Counted from the first letter of the stretch, positions 29,660 through 40,529 are shown. The stretch: 64,000 nt of DNA from Candidatus Heimdallarchaeota archaeon (GCA_019058275.1 JAHLVW010000074.1:34780-98779), one strand, 5' to 3'. The notes: generated from the sequence alone by a model not told the origin. Made by a program: numbers and translations.

Positions 29660-32551
29660 TTAGGAATCATAAATTGAATAATCTTTAAGATATTCCTCAC
29701 CAAGTGTCTTCTTTAACTTGGTCAATGTTTTATTTTTCCATGAATTAGTAAGATTTAGCTCTTTCTTTAGGTTTGTTATAATAAAATTGATTGCACAAAA
29801 AGCTAGTATTTTTGGATTAAAGTGTTCTGATTCCTTTATATAATGAGTTAAAATCTTTTGAGATAAATAGGCTGGTTTCATCTCAATAATGTTCATAATG
29901 GGCTTTAAATTTGAATTTGTGATAAGACTGGAAGCAATTTTTTTCGCTTCAATTTGAATTTCTTTGCAAATATTTTCTTTAATCCAGTTTGAACTTTTAG
30001 TTTTATATTCCAATCTTGCAGGACATGTATTAATACACCATTCCCAATAATGATTATTGAATTTTTTTTCATCCCACGATTTTATTTTGCTGTTAGTTCT
30101 ATCAAATTCGTTATCTCTTTCTGTATAAGGTTGTTTTTTGGATTTTACATTAGTATTTCTTCTCTCGAAAATATCTTTTCTTAACTCCATTAGACTTCTT
30201 GAAATCCTCTTTTGTTTAAAACCTCTTTTCACAAATTTGTTATTAGCTATATTCAAATATTCAGCTCTGGTGTGTGGTAATCTCTCAAATGCTTTTGTTT
30301 TTAATAGGGCTGGTCCAGAAAGTGATTTTGATTTTAGAATGAAACTTCTATCTGGTAAATGAGGTAGATAATTAAATTGTTCTTCAGTTAAAGTGATAGC
30401 ATTTTTTATCTTCTCGAATTCTTCTCCTCTGAATAGGATTTTTGTTAATGAATTTGCATGAACAACTGGACTAACACTATCCCATAATTGGTAAATTGTT
30501 ATTGTACCAATTCCTAAAGATCGTCCTGTAATGAAATTTTGTTCTGAATAACCTATACTTGCAGTTGACTCCAAATTAAATCGTTTTGGAATCAAATACA
30601 TAGCTTCTTCTAATACTACTAAATATCTAAGACTATTAGTAATTCCCTTCTGTGATGCATGTTTGGATAGCAAATGTAAGATTAAATTACAAACTAAGAA
30701 AAGTGATGCCGTACTAGCACCTCGACGAAGGTATTCACTAAAGTCTATAATAATTTTCTTTCCCTCATCTAAATTTGAAAAGTCAATTGTGTTATTCAAG
30801 GTACTAAAAACTTCATAATTAACTCCGCCAAAAATAAAATTTAACCGATTTAGAATTGCATCAATTGAATCTCGAGAGTAAGACGTTTTCATATTCTTTG
30901 AATACTCTTCAGAACTTTCATATAAACAATACAAAAAACTCTCTAGATTTTTCTCATTAGCTTTTTGTACTTTTTGTAACGCTGACTCGAAAATATTTAG
31001 CATTGTTGGGCTAAATGGTGCACCTGCTATTGATAACATTTCACAAATTAAAGCTAAGACATTGTGAACATCATTGCAATTTTCCATTTCGAACAAATTA
31101 ATTCCAAGTGGTGCTGGTGAACCAATAGTATAAACGACAACATTTGGTTCATCTACAAAAAATTCAGCATATTCTCCCTTTAAATCAAAAACTAAACACC
31201 CTAAATCAGTACTTAAAAGTTGATCTATAATTGAGGCCACTAAGTAAGATTTTCCACGTCCAATCATTCCTACAATTTCAACATTAAAGAGAAGATTCTC
31301 TAGAGGTAATGAATATTCATCTAAAACCCTTTCATTTTGTACAATATTTCCGATTACAATTTTGTCTTTATATTTGTTCTCTTTTAGTGCAGGTATTTCG
31401 AATATAGGTTGACCTGTATCTTCTGTAAAGAACGGTTTTTCAGGTAGATGTAAGAAACTGCTTAATGCTTTATTACTTAAACGATATTGTTTCAGCGGAT
31501 TGACTTTTCTTATATTTTTGTGATAATTACATTTATTTGAAAATCCGATTTTTTCAACATTAAAAGTATGAGTGCCTGACCAGATACTTAGTAGTGCTGC
31601 CAAAACCGTATGCATACCGAATTCAGTTTTTGAAAAAGCATACACACCTATCTTGCTTTGTCCTGTTTTTTTCGAATCACTAAAATCATTTTGGACTTCC
31701 ATTGAGAGATCTTTTCTTAAAATTGTGTTATTTAACTGAGCTTTCTCCAGACCTTTCTTTATACCACTGAAGCTAACAACAAAAAAGCTATCCTCGTTAA
31801 TAGAATTGAAAGTATTAATTAATCTGTCAATTTGTGTTTGATTACTTTTTAGTGCTGGAATTCCTTTTGTTTTCAAACCAAACTTACAGTTATTTATAAC
31901 ATTGAATAAATTATCAGAATCACTTAAACTTGTACGTTCAAATTGAATAGAAGGATAGGTATTGTTAAATGCTGCTTCAAATGAAAGAGTGCTATTATTT
32001 GCTTTCATAATTGCTTTTTCTTTTGAAAACCAAGCAAAACCTGAAATTGTGAAATAGAGTTGAATTCGATTGTTACCTTTTATAATCCAAAATGATATTT
32101 CATCACAAACATGAGCAAGACTTGAAATTACATCCCAATTCCTTAAATAAAGTAATTCAGGATTTGATCTATCATTTTGAATATTGTTAATAACCTTTCT
32201 AGGTAATCCTTTAACCTTTATGATATTTACTACACGATATCTTGGAAAAATGCTCTTCTTTTGCAAAATCTGATCCGGAGTAATCAGATTACCTTTTAAT
32301 GGTGCTTTTCTATACAATATAAGCATTCCAAAGATACTTAGCAGAGTTGCTATTAACGAACCAAAAACAATTAAACTCAAACGCAAAATTTTTTGAAAAT
32401 CAATTGAAAGTGTTGATTCATAACCAAATAAATCCTTAATGAAACCCATTTGAAAAAATAAAACTGTAGCAATAACTATGAACAATGAAAGCGAAATAAT
32501 TCCCACAATTTTTCGATTTTTATAATTATAACTATTTTCTGCATTCTTCAT
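29660..32551 (-). CDS. Membrane-anchored HerA/VirB4/CedB-like ATPase
   Basis: Two N-terminal TMs, Walker A GMIGRGKS, FDLKGEY, INLF, Walker B VVLEEA, GRSLGIG. Confidence 0.75.
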   Translation of the reverse strand: MKNAENSYNYKNRKIVGIISLSLFIVIATVLFFQMGFIKDLFGYESTLSIDFQKILRLSLIVFGSLIATLLSIFGMLILYRKAPLKGNLITPDQILQKKSIFPRYRVVNIIKVKGLPRKVINNIQNDRSNPELLYLRNWDVISSLAHVCDEISFWIIKGNNRIQLYFTISGFAWFSKEKAIMKANNSTLSFEAAFNNTYPSIQFERTSLSDSDNLFNVINNCKFGLKTKGIPALKSNQTQIDRLINTFNSINEDSFFVVSFSGIKKGLEKAQLNNTILRKDLSMEVQNDFSDSKKTGQSKIGVYAFSKTEFGMHTVLAALLSIWSGTHTFNVEKIGFSNKCNYHKNIRKVNPLKQYRLSNKALSSFLHLPEKPFFTEDTGQPIFEIPALKENKYKDKIVIGNIVQNERVLDEYSLPLENLLFNVEIVGMIGRGKSYLVASIIDQLLSTDLGCLVFDLKGEYAEFFVDEPNVVVYTIGSPAPLGINLFEMENCNDVHNVLALICEMLSIAGAPFSPTMLNIFESALQKVQKANEKNLESFLYCLYESSEEYSKNMKTSYSRDSIDAILNRLNFIFGGVNYEVFSTLNNTIDFSNLDEGKKIIIDFSEYLRRGASTASLFLVCNLILHLLSKHASQKGITNSLRYLVVLEEAMYLIPKRFNLESTASIGYSEQNFITGRSLGIGTITIYQLWDSVSPVVHANSLTKILFRGEEFEKIKNAITLTEEQFNYLPHLPDRSFILKSKSLSGPALLKTKAFERLPHTRAEYLNIANNKFVKRGFKQKRISRSLMELRKDIFERRNTNVKSKKQPYTERDNEFDRTNSKIKSWDEKKFNNHYWEWCINTCPARLEYKTKSSNWIKENICKEIQIEAKKIASSLITNSNLKPIMNIIEMKPAYLSQKILTHYIKESEHFNPKILAFCAINFIITNLKKELNLTNSWKNKTLTKLKKTLGEEYLKDYSIYDS

Positions 32552-32675
32552 TGATTCTCACAAGAAATATAGGAAATATCCTTTAAACTCCCCTCTTATA
32601 CTTTTTCTGTAAGAAATAACATCGTATACATTATTAACAGTAAAAATCATACAAATGGTCACTTAAGGGAATATT

Positions 32676-33359
32676 TTATTGACTTAATGTTAGCTCTCTA
32701 GAGAAAACAATCTTATTCAATACTATCCAGGCATCTAAAGGTTTTGGATGGATTGAGTATATATTTTTTGACATCTTTAATATTAGATCTGAAAATGATC
32801 CATGTGGATAAGCACCAACAATTATTGCAATATCCTTATCTGAATATGCCTTAAACTGATTTGAAAGGTTTACTAAGCTTCCTTTTGAAGAAAAAAGAAA
32901 TCTATTCTTTTCAGGAATATCTTTAATTTCAACTTCTAGAGTTGTATCTAGCATATTTAGTAATACTTTATCTTTTGATTTAATCTCTCTATTGACTAGA
33001 AATTGTTCAATAAGGCCAACAAAACGATTATAGTTTCTTGGTAAACGGGTTTCTTGATTAATTACAAAGATCTCATTACGAATTGTATGTACTATAATTG
33101 TAACTGGATTGGATTTATCCAAAACTAATGGGGAGCCCAATAAATTTAACAAGCAAAAATGTAGAATATCTGGTCTACCTCTTTTTTGAGAATCTTTTAG
33201 CTTTAACATTGCTTTGTAATGATATGATGAATCCAGTAAAATTTGAGAGGGTAATTTTCCCTTTTTTTTAGCATGCTTCTTTATTAATTCCATTTTAGCA
33301 ATTTTTGTTGGAATTAGTTCCAAAGCAGAATCAGCGAATACAAATATAGTTCTTGGCAT
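32676..33359 (-). CDS. nep1: rRNA pseudouridine N1-methyltransferase Nep1/Emg1
   Basis: SALELIP, LDSSYHY, RGRPDILH, RLPRNYNRFVGL, GAYPHG. Confidence 0.93.
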   Translation of the reverse strand: MPRTIFVFADSALELIPTKIAKMELIKKHAKKKGKLPSQILLDSSYHYKAMLKLKDSQKRGRPDILHFCLLNLLGSPLVLDKSNPVTIIVHTIRNEIFVINQETRLPRNYNRFVGLIEQFLVNREIKSKDKVLLNMLDTTLEVEIKDIPEKNRFLFSSKGSLVNLSNQFKAYSDKDIAIIVGAYPHGSFSDLILKMSKNIYSIHPKPLDAWIVLNKIVFSRELTLSQ

Positions 33360-33519
33360 TTATAGACACTTCATGTAATTAGGGATTAAAGTAGTTTAAA
33401 TAATTATTTTCTATAAACTTATCATCTAGTTTTTATAAAAGAAATATATAGGTTTAATTGTTGAAAGTTAATATAGAAACTTTAAATTTTAAGAAACTCA
33501 AAGTTATGTCGGATGCAAA

Positions 33520-33921
33520 ATGGCGAAAAAAAGTAGAGTAAAAAAAATCGTTTGCAAGAAATGTGGTGAAAGTTGGTTACCTCAAGATGTACCAACAAAT
33601 AAGGAATGGACAAAAATGGCCCCTATGCCTGATTCTGAGGGTAGAGTTACAATTATGATGATGGCAACATGGTCATGTCCCAGCTGTGGTAAATCTGTAA
33701 TGGGTCTAAAAGGTAAACATAAAGATGAAGGTGCAAGCAGTCCTTCCAAAAAAGAGCTATTAATTGAACAGATTGAAAAAGCTGATAAAAAGATTTCTTT
33801 AAAGGAACTTGCAACAGAGCTTTCACTGAGCGAGGATAATCTCGAAAAAGCAATTAATGCATTTAAAAAACAAAAAGTAATATCAGGCAAAATTGAAGAT
33901 GGCTTTTTTGTAAAAGAATGA
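33520..33921 (+). CDS. Zn-ribbon plus PCI/winged-helix protein
   Basis: CKKC...CPSC; ISLKELATELSL....LEK.I...K...ISGKI. Confidence 0.65.
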   Translation: MAKKSRVKKIVCKKCGESWLPQDVPTNKEWTKMAPMPDSEGRVTIMMMATWSCPSCGKSVMGLKGKHKDEGASSPSKKELLIEQIEKADKKISLKELATELSLSEDNLEKAINAFKKQKVISGKIEDGFFVKE

Positions 33922-33977
33922 TGTTGTTTAATAATTATATATAAAATTACTTGCAATTATATGGTTTGATGAAGTTA

Positions 33978-35072
33978 ATGACTTTAGCAAAAAATAAAGA
34001 ATTAATTTCTGGTGCAATCAAACGTCTAAATGAGATTGCTCCTGAAGAAGAAATAAAAATCACACATGTCTGTGGAACTCATGAAATGACTGCTTCTCGG
34101 TTTGGAATAAGATCAGTAATTCCTAGTACAATTGATATTATACCAGGACCCGGTTGTCCAGTATGTGTTTGTCCATCATATGAAATTGATTTCGCCATTG
34201 AATTAGCAAAACAAGATAAGATTATCACTACATTTGGTGATATGTTAAAAGTTCCGGCGTCAAAGAAGAGTCTTGCAGAAGTAAAAAGAGATGGTGGAGA
34301 TATAAGAATTGTATATTCACCACAGGATGCAGTAAAAATTGCTGAGAAAAATCCCAATAAAGAAGTCGTGTTTTTGGCTGTAGGATTTGAAACAACAGCT
34401 CCTATGACTGGTGTTGCATTACTTTCCCAACCCCCCGATAATTTTTCTATTCTATCAGCACATAGATTAACAGTACCTGCAATGGAATTATTGCTAAAAT
34501 CAGAAAAAAAGAAAACTAAAGGTTTTATCTGTCCTGGACATGTATCAGTAATTATAGGTACTGAGTCATACAAACCCTTTAGTGAAAAATATAAAATGCC
34601 TTGTGTTATCACTGGTTTTGAAGCTATTGATATGATAATTGGTTTAATTCAAGCTGTAAAAATGATCAAAGAGGATAAACCATTAGTAATAAACGAATAT
34701 TCTAGAGTAGTAAAACCAGAAGGAAACAAAAAAGCACAAGCTATTCTAAAGAAAGCATTTTCAAAAGTAGATGCAAATTGGCGTGGGATAGGTATTGTTG
34801 AAAAAAGTGGTTTAGCAATTTCAGAGGAACTTGAACATTATGATGCTTTCAAAAAATATAATATTAAAATTGATAATGTAATAGACATTCATCCAGGTTG
34901 TAAATGTCATGAAGTTATGCTTGGTAATATGTTGCCAACAGATTGTAAATTATATCTGAAAAAATGCAAGCCAGATAAACCTATAGGTCCATGTATGGTA
35001 TCACATGAAGGTACGTGTTCTATATTCGCTAGGTATGGATCCACCCATTTCAAGAAAATTGAAGAAAAATAG
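33978..35072 (+). CDS. hypD: Hydrogenase maturation protein HypD
   Basis: VCGTHE, GPGCPVC, GFETT, PGHVS, CMVSHEGTC. Confidence 0.96.
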   Translation: MTLAKNKELISGAIKRLNEIAPEEEIKITHVCGTHEMTASRFGIRSVIPSTIDIIPGPGCPVCVCPSYEIDFAIELAKQDKIITTFGDMLKVPASKKSLAEVKRDGGDIRIVYSPQDAVKIAEKNPNKEVVFLAVGFETTAPMTGVALLSQPPDNFSILSAHRLTVPAMELLLKSEKKKTKGFICPGHVSVIIGTESYKPFSEKYKMPCVITGFEAIDMIIGLIQAVKMIKEDKPLVINEYSRVVKPEGNKKAQAILKKAFSKVDANWRGIGIVEKSGLAISEELEHYDAFKKYNIKIDNVIDIHPGCKCHEVMLGNMLPTDCKLYLKKCKPDKPIGPCMVSHEGTCSIFARYGSTHFKKIEEK

Positions 35073-35254
35073 CTTCTCTCTTTTCTATTAATGGCAGAAA
35101 AAAAGGTAAATTGATGGTTACATTTTAACTTATTAGAAAGATTTACAAATCATCCAAAGTGACTTTCTCTGGAATGATATGGACTATCCTCTGGATTTGC
35201 TTCAAAGTACTTTATTCACACTTATCTTCAAAATACTAATGGAAGAGATTTAAA

Positions 35255-35995
35255 ATGTGCCTAAAACCCGGTTCTATTTCAATGGATTTCTCTTCATTAA
35301 GCTCCACAGACTTCTATTTAGCTATTTTCACATCTGTATTTGGTTTTTTTGTACTTATACTATTATTAGTTTTAAAAAATTCAAGTTTTGAAATATGGGT
35401 AACAAGAAAAATCATGCATTTTGTTGGTGGAACATATATAGCCTTTATTGTATTTTATTTTGAATCCATAATGGGAATAATTTTAGCTATTATCTTCTTC
35501 TTGATAATATTTCTGTCATTTTTATTCTTTTCAAAATTTAAAGTTCTCAAAGAATACTTTGTTTTAAAAAATTGTAGAAGTGATGAAAGAGACTATACTT
35601 TTATTATAAATACTGCAACAACCTTAATCGTCCTATTAATTCTACTAATAATATTCAATGATTATCCACCTATCTTTACTGCAGGTACTTTGACAATTGC
35701 TTGGGGAGATACGTCTGGGGAAGTCATTGGTAGAAATTATCCTTTTATTAAATACAAAATATTCAGTCAAAAAACACTAACAGGATCTTTAGCTGTTTTT
35801 ACTTTCAGTATTCTTTCAATTTTGGTTTCTGTTTTTTATTATCAACTACCATTCAATGTAAATTGGTTGTGGAAAATAGTCATTGGAGGAATTGCTTGTG
35901 CAATAGTAGAAGCAGCGAGTTGGAAATGGTTTGATAATATTCTTTTACCTATTTGTGGCAGTCTTGTAATGTTTTGGTTAATTTTTTCAGTTTAA
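35255..35995 (+). CDS. Dolichol/phytol kinase family (CTP-dependent) membrane protein
   Basis: RKIMH, WGD..GE.IG, KTLTGS, E..S...DN motifs. Confidence 0.8.
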   Translation: MCLKPGSISMDFSSLSSTDFYLAIFTSVFGFFVLILLLVLKNSSFEIWVTRKIMHFVGGTYIAFIVFYFESIMGIILAIIFFLIIFLSFLFFSKFKVLKEYFVLKNCRSDERDYTFIINTATTLIVLLILLIIFNDYPPIFTAGTLTIAWGDTSGEVIGRNYPFIKYKIFSQKTLTGSLAVFTFSILSILVSVFYYQLPFNVNWLWKIVIGGIACAIVEAASWKWFDNILLPICGSLVMFWLIFSV

Positions 35996-36088
35996 AGTCT
36001 TATTTATTAACTAATTTTTTCATAAACATTTGACAAACTTCAAAAATATAAACTATAAATCAAATATCCTTAACTGGAGATGACTTAA

Positions 36089-36457
36089 TTGAATCAGACA
36101 AAAGTAAAATTTGAGTATGTGCTTGTTTCACTTATCATATCCATTGTTTTAGGAGTTATTGTTTGGTTTATATTGGATAGCTTTGGTTCAATCATTTCTA
36201 TAGAAATTTCAGTTTTTATTACAACACTTCTCATTTCTGCTATTATTACTTATAGTCTTCATGGAAGAGGTATTTTACCAATCCCTGAAAGTGAATACTA
36301 TCAATCTGAATTTAGCTCATCTAAAAAGCAAATAAGTTATTCTCGTAAGAAATTTGCAATATATTCATCTACAAAAGAGAAGAAGGTGTTTAATCAACAC
36401 TCAGTTAAAAAGAGATATTTCTCTTCGAGTTATAAGCGAAGAAGATTTAGAGACTAA
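36089..36457 (+). CDS. Small two-TM membrane protein with basic tail
   Basis: GGAG SD plus TTG start, two hydrophobic helices. Confidence 0.55.
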   Translation: MNQTKVKFEYVLVSLIISIVLGVIVWFILDSFGSIISIEISVFITTLLISAIITYSLHGRGILPIPESEYYQSEFSSSKKQISYSRKKFAIYSSTKEKKVFNQHSVKKRYFSSSYKRRRFRD

Positions 36458-36476
36458 CCATTTTTAATTTCTAATA

Positions 36477-36638
36477 TTATGAGATTTTTGACTTATAATA
36501 ATCTAGTTCATTCGAAAGTAGTTCTTCTATAGCTCGTCTAAGAACATCACTTCTGTTTTCATAAATCTTGTTTTCTTCAATTAATTTATCAATTTCATCT
36601 AAAAGTAGATCAGGAATACCTAATGATATTGTTCTCAT
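36477..36638 (-). CDS. Small RHH regulator (CopG/CdrS-like), 53 aa
   Basis: Not in the ORF track. MRTISLGIPDLLLDEIDKLIEENKIYENRSDVLRRAIEELLSNELDYYKSKIS*, with GAGGT SD. Confidence 0.85.
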   Translation of the reverse strand: MRTISLGIPDLLLDEIDKLIEENKIYENRSDVLRRAIEELLSNELDYYKSKIS

Positions 36639-37019
36639 TAATTGAACCTCGTAACTATCTCAATCAAGACCTTGTATTTTTAATCAATTCCTATTTAAAA
36701 ATCTTGTAATACTGACAGAACTATTTGCTACCCAATAAATATTGTTAATACGAAAGTTTTAAGTTTTCTCTTTATCAACGGTAATACTTTCAGTCACCTC
36801 TTAACAGAGATTTAAAAAGGGAGAAAAGCGTAACTAATAACAGAACTTTAACTTGAAACCTCAAACGACCCTAAAAAACAAAACTAAAACTCAATTCTTA
36901 ACTATAATTGAGTATCAAAAGATACTTACGAATTCAATGCTTTTGCTTTAAAGTTCTAAAAGGATCAAGAAATTTTGACCCATAAATAGTTTAATTCAGA
37001 TATATAATAAAAAGCAAAG

Positions 37020-39167
37020 GTGGAATCATTGACCCTAAATATGCCTTATGATGAAGTCGTTGAAAGAATAACTTCTGAAACGGACCTCTCAAAAGAGGAA
37101 GTAGTCAAAAGAATAAATGAAAAAGTGAAGGAATTAGGAGGGCTAATTACACTCGAGGGAGCAGCACATATAATAGCTCGAGAGTTGGAAATTAACCTTT
37201 ATGAGTCTCAACAAACTCAAAAACCCCAACCAATAATAATTCAGGACCTTATTGATGGAATGAATAATGTAACAATAACTGCGTTAATTAAACGTATTTA
37301 TGACACAAAGGTTTTTACAAGAAATGATGGAACACAAGGGGCTGTACAAAACGTTCATTTAATTGATAAAACAGGATTTTGTAGATTAGTCCTCTGGGAT
37401 GACCAAATTAGACAATTTGGTGATATGGGATTTGCACGTAGTGATATTTTACAAATCATTGGTGCTTTTGTAAAAGAGAACAAATTTGACAGCGTTAAAG
37501 AACTAAGTCTAAGTTCTCGTTCACAAATAGAAACTGATCCAAAAAATATCAACAAAGATGATTTCCCAGAATCATTACTTGATTTTATGAAAATAGAAAA
37601 TCTGACATTAAATCAAGTAGACATTGAACTAATTGGGAAAATCACAGGAATAAGACCTGTAAGTAGTTTTACTAAGAAAGACGGATCCGAAGGTCAAGTT
37701 GCATCTGTTGAAATTGCAGATGAAACTGGTAAAATAAAGATTACACTATGGGATCAAAAAGCAGAATCAGTTATTGAATTCAAAATTGGTACTGTGATTG
37801 AAGTTATTGGTGGATATATTCGACAAGGTATAAACAATGCCCTAGAAATTCACTTAGGTAAAAATGGTGCGATTACCAAAAACACTAAAGCAAAATTGGA
37901 GATTTCAGACGAGATTTTAAAGAGTGAAAGCACAATTTTACCTACTTCAAAGAAATCTTCTGAGCCTAGTAAAGAAGTTAGATTAGTTGATTTGGACGAA
38001 AAAATGTCCAATATCTCAATAATTGCTCGAGTTACAGGAACTAGTAGTATTAGAGAATTCCAAAGAAAAGATGGAACCACAAGTGTTGTGGGATCATTAC
38101 TTGTTGTTGATAACTCAGGACCTAGTAGAATCACTTTTTGGAATAGCATGACTGACTATATCAAAAAAGTTGAAATTGGAGATGCAATTCGCATTGAAGG
38201 TGCATATGTAAGACTAGGACTTCGTGGAGAACCTGAAGTACATGTTGGTAGAAATGTCGTAGTTGAAATTAATCCCGAATTATTGAAAGATGCTGTTCCG
38301 AAATTTAAATTGGAATATACGGAACTTGGATCTCTTGAGGCTAATAATCGCGATGTAAATGTTCAAGCTCTAGTGACCAGAATTCAGGAAATTAGAACAT
38401 TCTCAAAAAGTGATGGATCTGAAGGCCATGTTCTAAACATTGGAATTAGTGATAATTCAGGTTCAGTACGGTTAGTTGCTTGGGATGAAAAAGCTATCGA
38501 ATTGGAAAATCTAGAAGAAATGACACCAATTGAAGTATTACATGGATACACTAAAGAAGGAAGTCAAGGCGTAGAAATCCACTTAGGTTCATTAACATCC
38601 ATTAAGACACTAGAGAAAGCTGATGCACCAGATTTTTCTAACATAAAACCAATTCCAAAATATCAATCAGAACAAACTCCAGTTAGTAGGGTGGATATGG
38701 TTGATTTAGAAGAGGATCAATTCTCTGAAATAAGAGGAACAATTTTGAAAGTATATGAAGGAAAAATGTACTATCATTCATGTTCACAATGTAGAAAGAA
38801 AGTAACAGAAACAGAAGAAGGGAAATGGATTTGTGCAGAGCACAATGAAGTTGACCAACAAAATACAATTTTTATCTCATTGGCTTTAGATGATGGCACA
38901 GGATGTGTAAGAGTCACATTCTTTAGTGAACTAGCTGAGCAACTATTAGACATGACATCTGAAAATCTAGTTGATGAAATAAATAACATAGGAATTCAAT
39001 CTGTGATCACAAAATTGGAACAAAGACTCAAAGGCAGAGAAATAGTTGTTCGAGGTAGATGTAGAAAGAACAAATATGATGATGGTATGGATGTAATCGC
39101 TTCTACATTTCAAGATGCTGATCCCAAAACTGAAATTGAAACTGTAAAAAGTTCATTGAAAGTTTGA
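37020..39167 (+). CDS. rpa: Replication protein A large subunit (multiple OB folds plus Zn finger)
   Basis: Repeated F.R/K.DG..G.V...D.TG....LW OB motifs (4 copies) plus a C-terminal OB with CSQC...C.EH and DDGTG. Confidence 0.9.
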   Translation: MESLTLNMPYDEVVERITSETDLSKEEVVKRINEKVKELGGLITLEGAAHIIARELEINLYESQQTQKPQPIIIQDLIDGMNNVTITALIKRIYDTKVFTRNDGTQGAVQNVHLIDKTGFCRLVLWDDQIRQFGDMGFARSDILQIIGAFVKENKFDSVKELSLSSRSQIETDPKNINKDDFPESLLDFMKIENLTLNQVDIELIGKITGIRPVSSFTKKDGSEGQVASVEIADETGKIKITLWDQKAESVIEFKIGTVIEVIGGYIRQGINNALEIHLGKNGAITKNTKAKLEISDEILKSESTILPTSKKSSEPSKEVRLVDLDEKMSNISIIARVTGTSSIREFQRKDGTTSVVGSLLVVDNSGPSRITFWNSMTDYIKKVEIGDAIRIEGAYVRLGLRGEPEVHVGRNVVVEINPELLKDAVPKFKLEYTELGSLEANNRDVNVQALVTRIQEIRTFSKSDGSEGHVLNIGISDNSGSVRLVAWDEKAIELENLEEMTPIEVLHGYTKEGSQGVEIHLGSLTSIKTLEKADAPDFSNIKPIPKYQSEQTPVSRVDMVDLEEDQFSEIRGTILKVYEGKMYYHSCSQCRKKVTETEEGKWICAEHNEVDQQNTIFISLALDDGTGCVRVTFFSELAEQLLDMTSENLVDEINNIGIQSVITKLEQRLKGREIVVRGRCRKNKYDDGMDVIASTFQDADPKTEIETVKSSLKV

Positions 39168-39183
39168 TAGTAAAAATGTTAAT

Positions 39184-39199
39184 ACCCCAAACTTGGGGT
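39184..39199 (+). terminator. Hairpin plus T-tract after rpa
   Basis: accccaa-ac-ttggggt followed by T-runs. Confidence 0.5.
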
Positions 39200-39257
39200 T
39201 TTTATTCCTTTTTTTAGACATTCTTCTATTCTATGTATCAGCAATGGGCAGATTACT

Positions 39258-40529
39258 ATGTTTAAATTCGAGAAAATTACAAGTAAGCACTTATTAATTT
39301 CGATTTTTGTGTTTAATATATTCCTTCTATTTTCTTTTTTCGCTTATATTCTATTAGCAACAGGGATTCTACCAAATTATTTATTGTTTATTGCTAAACC
39401 AATAGAATTTTTATCGAAGAATATTCTCTTTGTGCTTTTCATATTTGTAATCGAGATTTCAATTGTGCTTCTAAGTTGGATAAAAAGAAAAAAACAATTA
39501 CAATCAATTGATATAACAAATGATGTAATAAATCTGGAATTTGATCTAGAAAACGAAAACTCACCTGATAGCTCGATACATACTCAAAATGTATTAGAAG
39601 AAGAGTTAGATGACTTATTTAACATCAACGAAATATTAGATTATTCTCAAGATAGTACAGAAATTAGTTTTTCACCTAATGTTCAATCAATGGAAAATAG
39701 CCAAAATGAAAGAAATGTACTAATGGAAGATGAGGATTTCGAGATTTCTCCTGGATTTCTATCATATGATGATGATTTAGCAAATGATGAAGTAGATGAA
39801 AATAGTTTGTACACATTATATGGATTATCTGATCTACAAATAAAACAAAATGAAAGAAACTCACCAAAATCAGCATTAAGTGATAGACAGTTTGCATTTT
39901 ACAAAAAAATAGTTAATGACGAATGGGTTTATGAACGAGCTGCTGATAGAGAGAGAATAGGATTTGACAAAAATGCGATAGATGAATCCAATGTTTCTCT
40001 TTCTGATTTAAATAAATTAGTCAAAACAGGTATGTTATATAAACAAAGTATTTCATATCCTTCAGGATCATTCCATATATTTTCTTCAACTAATTACATA
40101 GAGCAGAAAATAATCTACGAAACTATTAGACGAATATGTAGAACGAATCGAATTAAAACAGTAATAAGACGAATAGACTTTCCAAATTGGAATGAATTTG
40201 GTTTAACAAAAAAAAGTTGGCAGTTTTCTTTTGAGATACCCGAACCTGCACTAGTAGGTAGTATATGGTGCAATGATGCTATCATAGTAACAGAAAATAA
40301 TACATCGATTCTACAAGAAAAAAAGGACGAATTAAAGGCATTAATTGCTGCTGCAACATTAAAGATGAAGAAAGATGGACTTGCTGTTATTATTACTAAT
40401 AAAAAAGATCACGTTGATTTAATTAAGAAATATGCTAAAAATGCTGGATGGGGAGGAGTTAAGATATTTAATTTTGCTGTCTCGAAATTTAAAGAGAGAT
40501 TACTTAAAGTGATTAATAACCATTTATGA
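39258..40529 (+). CDS. Membrane-anchored hypothetical protein (2 TMs, acidic linker, globular C-terminal domain)
   Basis: 423-aa ORF composition. Confidence 0.6.
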   Translation: MFKFEKITSKHLLISIFVFNIFLLFSFFAYILLATGILPNYLLFIAKPIEFLSKNILFVLFIFVIEISIVLLSWIKRKKQLQSIDITNDVINLEFDLENENSPDSSIHTQNVLEEELDDLFNINEILDYSQDSTEISFSPNVQSMENSQNERNVLMEDEDFEISPGFLSYDDDLANDEVDENSLYTLYGLSDLQIKQNERNSPKSALSDRQFAFYKKIVNDEWVYERAADRERIGFDKNAIDESNVSLSDLNKLVKTGMLYKQSISYPSGSFHIFSSTNYIEQKIIYETIRRICRTNRIKTVIRRIDFPNWNEFGLTKKSWQFSFEIPEPALVGSIWCNDAIIVTENNTSILQEKKDELKALIAAATLKMKKDGLAVIITNKKDHVDLIKKYAKNAGWGGVKIFNFAVSKFKERLLKVINNHL

